The translations under genes were made by a program, and so were the position numbers. The notes beneath the pieces are model-generated. The model was not told the DNA's origin, did no database searches, and saw only the letters and a list, made by a program, of their open reading frames with translations. A stretch of 63,903 bases of DNA, the filler included, from Conidiobolus incongruus B7586 (taxonomy: Eukaryota): assembly GCA_000697335.1 (NCBI GenBank). It is 10 parts of 10 records of this genome, joined end to end, with 100 filler letters (N's around TTAATTAATTAA, not from the genome) between each part and the next. Parts side by side here need not be neighbours in the genome. Positions count along the whole stretch, not along the records: positions 37,726 to 61,673 come from JNEM01007116.1; positions 61,774 to 62,793 come from JNEM01007125.1; positions 62,894 to 63,903 come from JNEM01007188.1; 7 more parts are not named here. One strand, 5' to 3'. Positions 54,586 through 63,903 of this stretch are shown piece by piece (the first letter of the stretch is position 1; every line of letters starts with the position of its first letter).

Positions 54586-55174
54586 CATTTGTATTTTTAT
54601 TTCATCATCATGATCATTATCATTCATTTAGAATTAAAATAGACTGACATTCTTAGAAAATGTCACAAAAAATAGGTTAATTAATATAATTAATCTCAAA
54701 ATTTTTAGATAGTTTAGAATAAAAAATTATTCATTAATTTTTGAAAAATAAAAATTTTATTTGAAAATTGAAGTAATATGATAATATTTAATTTAATTTA
54801 TTTTAAATGATAATAGAGTAAAATTAAAATAATATTCTAAAGTATCATTTTATTCAAGATTTAAAATAATTTTTTGATTGCTGAATTTTTTTAAATTATA
54901 TAAACAATAACTTTAATAATGTTCAAATACTATATATTTATTATATTTAAATTTGATATTTCAATCACTCTTGTAACTTGATTTTCTTTTGCAAAAATTC
55001 ATCCAAAATTTTTCATGAATATTGAAGTTTATGGGATTAGAATGGAATTAATTTAACAATTTTCTTTTTACTAAGAAAATTAATGAATTTTAATGTCTAT
55101 TTTAGGAAATAGTGTATTTCAAATTTATAAAAATGGTAATAAAAAAACATATTCTGATTGGATAGTCTTAAAGA

Positions 55175-55655
55175 AAAATCCTGCTAATCCCATAATAAAA
55201 TACGCACTTTAATCTGTTGAAAGAGGTATAAAAGAAGAAAAATATCAATAGATGAAGACCATCCTTGTGCTAGGGTATATCCTCATCTGTGAAGTACTTA
55301 CTGAGATAGGATTATTGCTGGTTGAAAACTAAACCCAATACCCCACGATATCGGCCCTTGAGGCAGATATCGTAATTTTTGGATTCCCTTCGGGATATTT
55401 TTTATAAAGCAAAAAACTATCAGAGTTATGATACGATATACGTAAGTATATAATATGTAACTCTTTAAAAAAACTTCTGTCATGATTTCAATCTCTAACT
55501 TTTTGTTTGGAGGATTGGAGAGACGTATTTCTGGTGGTTCTATCTATTAGGAGGAGGAGTTTGGTGATTGAGCTTATACCACTTGAACCTCCAAGTGTTC
55601 TTCTCTCCTTGATAGTAACCCCTCATTTGTCACGTCTGTCCGTCATCATGACTCT
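55175..55655 (+). ncRNA. Candidate ~480-nt structured ncRNA (unassigned)
   Basis: ACGAUAUC+GCC/GGC+GAUAUCGU (55345-55373); AGAGUUAU/GUAACUCU enclosing AUAUAC-GUAA-GUAUAU (GNRA loop); nested GUCAUGA/UCAUGAC, AGACGU/ACGUCU, GGUU/AACC, CUAUC/GAUAG, AGGAG/CUCCU. Confidence 0.6.
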
Positions 55656-57399
55656 TTATAGTGAATATTATTATATTCTCAAAATGATATTAACTATAAA
55701 GTTAACTAATTTCAATTTCTTTAATTTGTCCAGAATCTTGACTCTTCATCTGAATTGAAATGATTAGAAATTTTATATTCTTGAAATTTCGCAACATATT
55801 GAATATTTCATACGGAGTTACTTTATATCTGGATTACGATATAGTTAGTAACGTCTTGAAAGTTCAATTTAAAAAATCTCTGATACTTATCAAACTACAT
55901 TCCAAGGAGATGTAGTTCAAAACAAACTTAGTAATTTGTTAAAACATTAAACTTTGAAATTGAAAAAGATAAATTTTCTAGAATTTGATTATGTGTAAAA
56001 AAATTATTGGATTAATTTTTAAAAATATTTATAAATTTCTAGTCTTAGTATAATATTTAATTTTCAAAATTTTATTCAACATTCATATTTTAAGCATGAT
56101 TTTGATATGAGTTCAATTATTGAAACAATAGTGTAATAACAATATAATTAAAGTTATTATGGTTTGCTATCATAATCTTGAAATATTTTATGTATTCAAT
56201 ATATTATAAAGCCAAATAATGATATTTCATATTTTATTATTTTTTTTTAGTTTTTTAAAATAGTTTATTTGATCAATCATAGAAAATACACCAATTAATT
56301 AAAATAACCATTAAAATTTAAAATTTTCAATAACTTTAGCTGCTTTAATTAGCATTATTATAACATGTAGAAATATAATAATTATCAATAATTTGTCAAA
56401 AATATTTTAGTAATTATCCCTTACAATGTCGATAATTATTTTGTCAATATAAACTTATAACTTTTTTCATTATAACATAATTTCCAATATATTTTATTAT
56501 CTAGTTGTCCGATTAATCAAAATCTTCACAATTTTTTTTGTATTTAAAATAATTATATTAAAAAGCTACCAATAATAGAATTATAATAATTAATTTTTTG
56601 ACTATTTCCTATTCTTCAATTTTCATGATTTTTTTTAGTATTAATAAAGAACTTCAACTAACTATATCTTTAGATTTGTTGAAAATTGTTTTGATAATAT
56701 ACCTTTATTTATAATATTTAGAGATTTATATCAGTAAATGAGTGTTATAAATATTGGAAACTTTAGTGATATATTGGTGTATTTTGGGTTATATAAATCA
56801 AGACAATAGATTAGATATTATTTATATATCCTATTTAAGTTTATTCTATTTTAATTTTAATTTTAATTTTTATTAAATTACTAGTAATATCATACTATTA
56901 TACTTTAATTTTTGCAATATTTACGCAACTGTTATTAAATATAATTTCTAAAACTTTATAAAAGAATATTATATTATTTTCATTTTCCAATGAGTTATAA
57001 ATATTATCTACACTTCTAATTATGTCTAATTCTTTAGTTTGAGTACTAAAACTGTTTTTAATATCTATCAGATACGTGAGCTATTGTATTTTGAACATAT
57101 AATATATTGGCCATAATAAATAGTATTTAGAAAAAATAGTTTAATCAACTTGATTTGTAAATTATTTATATAATTTTTACTCTAATTGCTATAACATTAA
57201 ATAACATATCTTTACTAGAATTGTTGATAATATGAAAATATTTTATAGATAATAAATATATTAATCAACCAAAGCTTTTAATATATATTACTAATCAAAA
57301 TATAACATTTAAAAACTATAAATTATCAACTAAAATTTACCAAAATTTTAACCTTATTCGCTTAGTTTTACATAATATATATAATATTGCTTACAATCA

Positions 57400-57680
57400 T
57401 TGGCTACAAACACGACCCCAATCCATTCGTGTCTACCCAATCAAAGTTTGAAATTTGAGTTAGTTAAATGAAAAATTTGAAATTATTGTGAGAAAATTTA
57501 AGTCATTAAACCAATCAAAAGGTGATATTTGGTTACCAATACACGAAAATTGAAGATTTAATTGAAAAAAGATTAGTAATCAATATGGCTATAAATTCTT
57601 TGGCTGGTATCTATTTGGGGTATTGAAAGTTTGATAAAAGTTTGGTAAGTAAATAACCATACCTCATATTGAACCAATAT
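57400..57680 (+). promoter_or_regulatory. dUTPase promoter with clustered CCAAT boxes and an SCB-like CACGAAA (57542-57548)
   Basis: Five CCAAT and one ATTGG within ~280 bp upstream of the ATG; motif match only. Confidence 0.35.
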
Positions 57681-57733
57681 TTGTCACAGTTGTTTGTTCC
57701 GAATATTCAGCACCAGACAAGCAAATTTCAAAA

Positions 57734-58422
57734 ATGATTAGATTACAAATACCTTTATTAATCCAAACTTGTAGATCTTTTAACAGATACTTTACGATGA
57801 CCATTACCGAAAATACTGAAATTAAGCGCTCCACTTCTCCCTCTCAAGAAGTTTCTAAAAAGCTTAAAACTACCGAAACTATTGTGGATATTGAAACACC
57901 CAAATTACGTGTTAAGCTTTTGAGCGAATACGCTAAAGCTCCCACTAGAGGTTCTGCTAAGGCTGCTGGTTACGATATCTATAGGTAATTTTTTCAACTC
58001 AAAGCTTTGGGCTTTGACTAATATTTGAATAGTGCCCAAGATACAGTTATTCCCGCCAAATCTCAAGGTCTCGTCGATACTGGATTAGCCGTCCACGTCC
58101 CTCACGGTACATACGGTAGAATCGCTCCTCGCAGCGGTCTCGCCGTCAAACACGGTATCGATTGCGGTGCCGGTGTTGTTGACGAAGATTACAGAGTAAT
58201 ATAGTTTTAATCATACTGTTTACATTTTTTATTAACCAATAACATCAGGGTGAAATCAAAGTACTTCTATTCAACTTTAGCGACAAGGACTTCCTCATCA
58301 GCAAGGGTGATCGTATCGCTCAGTTGGTCCTCGAACGCATCTACACTCCCGAAGTCGAAGTTGTCGATACTTTGGAAGAGACCGAACGTGGTGAAGGTCG
58401 CTTCGGTTCTACCGGCAAATAG
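57734..58422 (+). CDS. DUT1: dUTPase paralog 1 (exons 57734-57984, 58033-58195, 58249-58422); second in-frame ATG at 57797
   Basis: Motifs [41 protein letters not shown] introns. Confidence 0.95.
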
Positions 58423-59064
58423 ATTATTGTGAAATTCTAATTTATATTTTCCCTTAATATTGTATAATATACTCTCTTTAATATTTACTTTGACTCTTTA
58501 CTGGATTGTTAGCTGTGGTGGTATTAATAAAGAGATAACAGATTGTTAACATTTATCACATATACTAACTGACCTTTATACCCAACAATCTATGTGAAGT
58601 TTAGCTCTTAAATCAGTCATAATTGTTGAACTTATATTTTGAAGTTTGAAGATTTGAATAAGATTTAATAATACAAAACTTGTAGCTTTAACTTTTCCAT
58701 TTTTTTTCTTTATTATTTATATCTCATCTTTTTATATCAAACTTTTAATAATATATTAATACTTTGTAATATTTAATTAAACTTGATTTATTAAACTTCA
58801 CATGATGGTTAATTCTAATTAATTCAAAGGGTTTAAAAATTATAAAATTCAAGGTTATAAACAGTCGTCATCAAAACTTTTAAAATTTTTTCAATTTAAA
58901 TTCAATACAATAATCAAGTAATAAATAGTATAATGATTATTTTCATTTTAACTTAATATCAATTGTAAATTTGGAATTGATATAGACAAATATCTCAATT
59001 GCAATATATCTATTATTAATAATAAGTAATGCACATATCGCAGAAACTCCACAATCCTTACGAA

Positions 59065-59593
59065 ATGACAGAACCTAAATTACTCGTTCAGCTACGATCC
59101 CAAGATGCTCGAGTTCCGACTAAAGGTTCGGCGAAAGCTGCAGGTTATGATTTGTACAGGTAAGTCCTTCGAATCTACATAAAGGCACTACCATATCAAC
59201 AGAATCTTTAGTGCTGAAGATATCACCATTCCAAGCCAGTCCCAAGGTGTTGTAGATATAGGTATCTCTATCAAAGTCCCTTCAGGCTCCTACGGTCGTA
59301 TCACACCTCGTAGTGGTTTAGCAGTTAAATACTTTATCGACGTTGGCGCAGGAGTGATTGACGAAGATTATACAGTAATTTCTTTTTATAGTTTATGAAT
59401 AATTATTAAATAATTTCAGGGTCCCGTCAAAGTCGTTTTATTTAACTTTGGCAAGAGTGACTTCCAAGTTAGGAAGGGCGATAGGATTGCTCAATTGATT
59501 TTGGAAAAGATTTTTGTACCTGAAGTGGAAATTGTTGAGGGGTTAGAGCGCACCGAGAGAGGTGAAGGTAGGTTTGGATCAACTGGATTTTAG
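59065..59593 (+). CDS. dUTPase paralog 2 (exons 59065-59159, 59212-59374, 59420-59593; upstream in-frame ATG at 59029)
   Basis: [37 protein letters not shown]; same intron positions as paralog 1. Confidence 0.93.
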
Positions 59594-62500
59594 TGGTATT
59601 GGAATATTGGGATTGAGTATGATATTTTCATCATTTTTAAAATACGTTATTGGTTCAATACTCAATATTGATAAATTGATATACTATAACTTAATATAAA
59701 GTAGTGATTGTTTTTTGATTAAAATCAACTTTAAAATCAAAATATTTAATTTCCGCAAAATATTACATATGCATTCAAATCTAATGATGTACAACAAGTT
59801 ATTATATTTCGTAGTTGAAAAATTAAGATCAGAATATCAAATGGATACACTGAATCATTACTTATCCTCTGTTTATTAATTTGTTCATGATGAATTTCTC
59901 ATATTACTTGAACACATAATAAATATTATTTATAAATTGAATGTTTTAGCTAAAATCTATTTGTATATATAGCTATTTATATACTTGATCTTTAACTATC
60001 ACTTACCATTAAAATTGTGCAAGTCCTGCATAGAGTCCAAAGACTCCAAGGGGGTGAGTTCCAATACCAATCCAAGAACATTAGTTCAATTGACTGTTGA
60101 ATAGTGAAGAAATATGTTTCTAAATATTGATGATTTGATTCATCTTTATAAAATATTGAGAATAGTTGAAAGTCTTGTTTAATCAAATTATATGTTTAAA
60201 TATTCATAATTACCATATATTTAGTTAATATTGTGTTTGCTGCAAATGATTATCTTGCACCAAAGGTATTCTCTCATTTTGTTGAGTAAACTTGGTTTAA
60301 ATCTGAAATAAGATTATCTTAACATTACTCTCATATGTTTACTTTTTATATATTTATTATTTTTTCTTACTATCTTTAGTGTCTTAAATAAAAGAAATAG
60401 AACAATATAATATTATTCAATGTTTTATAAGTAATAAATGTTACTTATAAAGTTTTAAATTTTTTTAATTTATTTTATAACTGATTTCTCTTTAAAATTA
60501 TTTTTTTCATAACTTATAATAAATATGATAATAATATTTAATTTAGTATTTTTCCCCATTTAAAAATAATATAGAGAAGTCATAACTAGTTATAAAAGTT
60601 TATATTAAAATTAAAACACAAAAAAATTTATATTTTAATTGTATTTTGCATAAAATCTTAGTTATCTTTTTAATTCTTAATTATATTATAGTATTTATTA
60701 AATTTCAACAAATATTATATTTTGTTAATAATCATAATCAAGTATTTTTAACAATAGTTCAGTTACTCTAATTCATTCAATAATAAAATATATAAGATAA
60801 AAATAATTAATTTTATATTTATATAATTTATAGCTAAATTAAATATCATTTTTATTTTTATTATAAAATCAAATTAATATTATAAATCTTTATAAGATTG
60901 TTTATTATTTTATCTTATATATTTCAATTAATTTTTTAATACCTATTAATTTTTTTATTAAAATTAATATTTAATAAAATATAAATTAAGTTTTTTAATA
61001 TAAGATTTATTATTCACTTTATTTTATATAAAAGATTAATTATAAATTTAATTCATATATCTTAATTATTTTATCAATATTCCTATTTATTTTAAATTAA
61101 GGAAAGTTTAATTTACTTAATTTTCCTTATAATATCCTTTTTTAATATTTTAATAATTTTTGTTTATTTAATCTTGATCCTATTTTTTACTAAATGTAAT
61201 TCACTATTTTTAATAATAAATAATTATTTATTATTAAAATATTAAATCCAAATTTTTGTATTAAATTATGTTTTTTTTATTATAACCAAAAATCAAATTT
61301 TTTATATTAAATATTTTAAAAATAAGCTGAAAAAGATAAAATTTATAATATTTAAGCATGTTTTTATAAGTAATATTAATGTCAAAGATAGCACTTTTGT
61401 ATATTTGCTTCAATGAGATATAAAAACTATAATGTTTATAATTGATTCTTAATCTAATATCCCAGATGATTTTGTGTTAAAGAAAAATATTCACAATATT
61501 AGAACAATTATTTAAAGTCTTATTTTTGGTATTTTAAAAAGGCTTTTATATATTATATATTCTTTAAAATATAAATATTAATTCCTATTGAATAAATAAT
61601 TATTTTAATAAATACTAAATAATACCTAAATTCAATTTAAGTTTTATTATTATTTTAAATTTAAAATAGTAGGNNNNNNNNNNNNNNNNNNNNNNNNNNN
61701 NNNNNNNNNNNNNNNNNTTAATTAATTAANNNNNNNNNNNNNNNNNNNNNNNNNNNNNNNNNNNNNNNNNNNNTAATAATAATAAATAACTGATTGATAT
61801 TAATAATCTAAAATCAAGTGATTTTATTAATAAAAATCAAGTTAAAAGGCAATTACTTATAACTAAGCCAGAATTATTTAAAAAATAATTATAATTTATA
61901 TTTGATTTATTATCCAATTTATTTGATATTATTAATAATATTTTAAATTTTATTATTTTGATCAAATATTCAATAAATCACATCATCACAGTATTGGCAA
62001 ATTATGAAACATTGATTATCAAATTTCAAAAAACTTGAAAATTATTCAAAATTATAAATAATTACAAAAATATTTTTTGGATAGGAATCAAAAATAATAT
62101 TTATTTTAGATGTCTTTATATTTAATAATATAAAGCTTGATAATTAAATTGATTTCTTAGCTTCTAATTTAAATATAGAAAAGGATATTAGAAATTAAAG
62201 TTAATATAAATTTTTATATTATTTAAATATATCATATTGTTTTATTAATTATTTTGAAAAGTTTATTATTAAAAAGAAAATATTTTCATCCTTTTTAAGA
62301 TAGTTCCACCATATTATCTCTTTCTAACTCTCTAAAATACACAGGTTAAAATATAAACTATTATTCTTTTATTATTAATTAATTTAAAATCAAATCATAA
62401 AAAATAAATAATCTAATGATATAAACATTATTTATCTTAAATTCAAAATTACTATATAATAAACTTTATTTAATTTATTATTAAAAAAAATAAATTTGAT

Positions 62501-62893
62501 ATTTATATAAAAAAGGTAATTATTGGAATAAAATATATTATAAAATTAATCACTAATTAATTACCTGAATATGTTACTTGTTAAGGTTATAAAAGCATGT
62601 AATTCATTTATTCAAATATTGAAAATATAATAGTTAATTGAATGAATTTGAATATTTAATTTATTATTAATTATTATATATATAAAAACTCAAATATTTG
62701 ATTATTTTTAAATTTTTTAAATTTAAAAAAATAAATTTTTTTATATTTGAGATAAATCAATTAATAAAAAGATAATAAAAAATAAATCCATTANNNNNNN
62801 NNNNNNNNNNNNNNNNNNNNNNNNNNNNNNNNNNNNNTTAATTAATTAANNNNNNNNNNNNNNNNNNNNNNNNNNNNNNNNNNNNNNNNNNNN

Positions 62894-63760
62894 CTATTAA
62901 TCATTATTAAACAAATAAATTTATTAAAAAATTATTAAAACCTTAAAGCAAATAATTAAAGTTTATATTAACACTAATTAATTATATTAAAATACTTATA
63001 TCTACCAACTTTAATATTTATTTAACACCTTTATTACTAAATTAATAGGTTTTAACTTTTATTTTATTAATTATAATAAACATCTTAATTTAATAATTGT
63101 TCTAAAACTTTAAATTAACTTACCTTAAAATATTATTAAGCTTTAATCTAATATTAAATATATTAATTCCCTTGTTAAATTTAACTTAGAAGAAAATTAA
63201 AAAATTATAAAACAATAATATTTAAAGTTATCTAGGAATTTTTTTAAATATAAAACTAATATGTTTATATACTTAGAATAATCTACCCTTAAATTTACCT
63301 TATTTAAATCTAGCTTAAATTTAAAATACTTTTTATTATATTATAATCCCTATAAAATTTAATTTATTAATTTAAATTTAAAAAATATTACATTAGAATT
63401 ACCTTTAATTTTAAAAATCAACTCTACCTTTTATATATCTAAAATTAAACCTTATTTTAAAGATTTTAACATTGTTCTTAATTAATTAAAAGTTTTGAAA
63501 CTAGATTTAATTATTAATTAAAATAAAGAAGAAAAATACTATGTTGGTTATATAATTAAATTTAAATCTATTAGGAATAAACTTTATTTTTATATAAAAT
63601 AGATAAGTTATTTTATTAAAAAAGTTATAAAAGAACCTTTATAAAAAATTAAAAATATTTTAACTTATTATATTTATTTATAAAAATCCAAAGAATGTGT
63701 TTTTTTTAAAAAACTTATTAAAAAAATATTAAGAGACTAATTCATTAAATTTTTATATAT
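62894..63760 (+). mobile_element. Third chromovirus relic (integrase tail, chromodomain, LTR start)
   Basis: Colinear with 31960-32830, differing by transitions; TATTAAGAGACT at 63727 is the mutated LTR start. Confidence 0.8.
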
Positions 63761-63903
63761 ATTAACTTATAAAAATAAGTTATAAAATGAAAAACATTTA
63801 TATTTTTACTAATAACTTAATTAATATTTAATAAAATAAACTTAAATTAAATAATTTAAATTTATTATATTTATTAATAATATATAATATTATATAATAA
63901 TAT

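Noticed and set aside
1520..62893. Repeated TTAATTAATTAA between N runs as a biological repeat
   Set aside because: Identical artificial six-frame-stop linker in fixed 100-nt gaps.

Overview
Very AT-rich eukaryotic genomic DNA, most likely a fungus. Short GT-AG introns, a chromovirus and the gene content fit an early-diverging lineage, but that placement is inference. Nine 100-nt N gaps carry an artificial TTAATTAATTAA linker, so adjacency across gaps is unverified. Intact genes: three small HSF-DNA-binding-domain-only genes (two of them on an apparently identical ~780-bp inverted duplication), ATG5, RPL19, an LRRC58-like LRR protein, tRNA-Gly(GCC), an ankyrin protein, two tandem dUTPases and a partial Ser-rich repeat ORF. 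Pseudogenes: a fourth HSF copy, a cytochrome P450 and probably a Cys-rich secreted protein. Mariner, Tc1, a TIR element and Ty3/Gypsy chromovirus copies are destroyed by near-exclusively C>T/G>A changes (RIP-like). The most unexpected signal is a series of 300-500-nt non-coding, GC-enriched intergenic islands tiled with nested helices whose G-U pairs favour the + strand. I could not assign them to any known RNA family; they are candidate large structured ncRNAs. All folding and alignments were done by eye.
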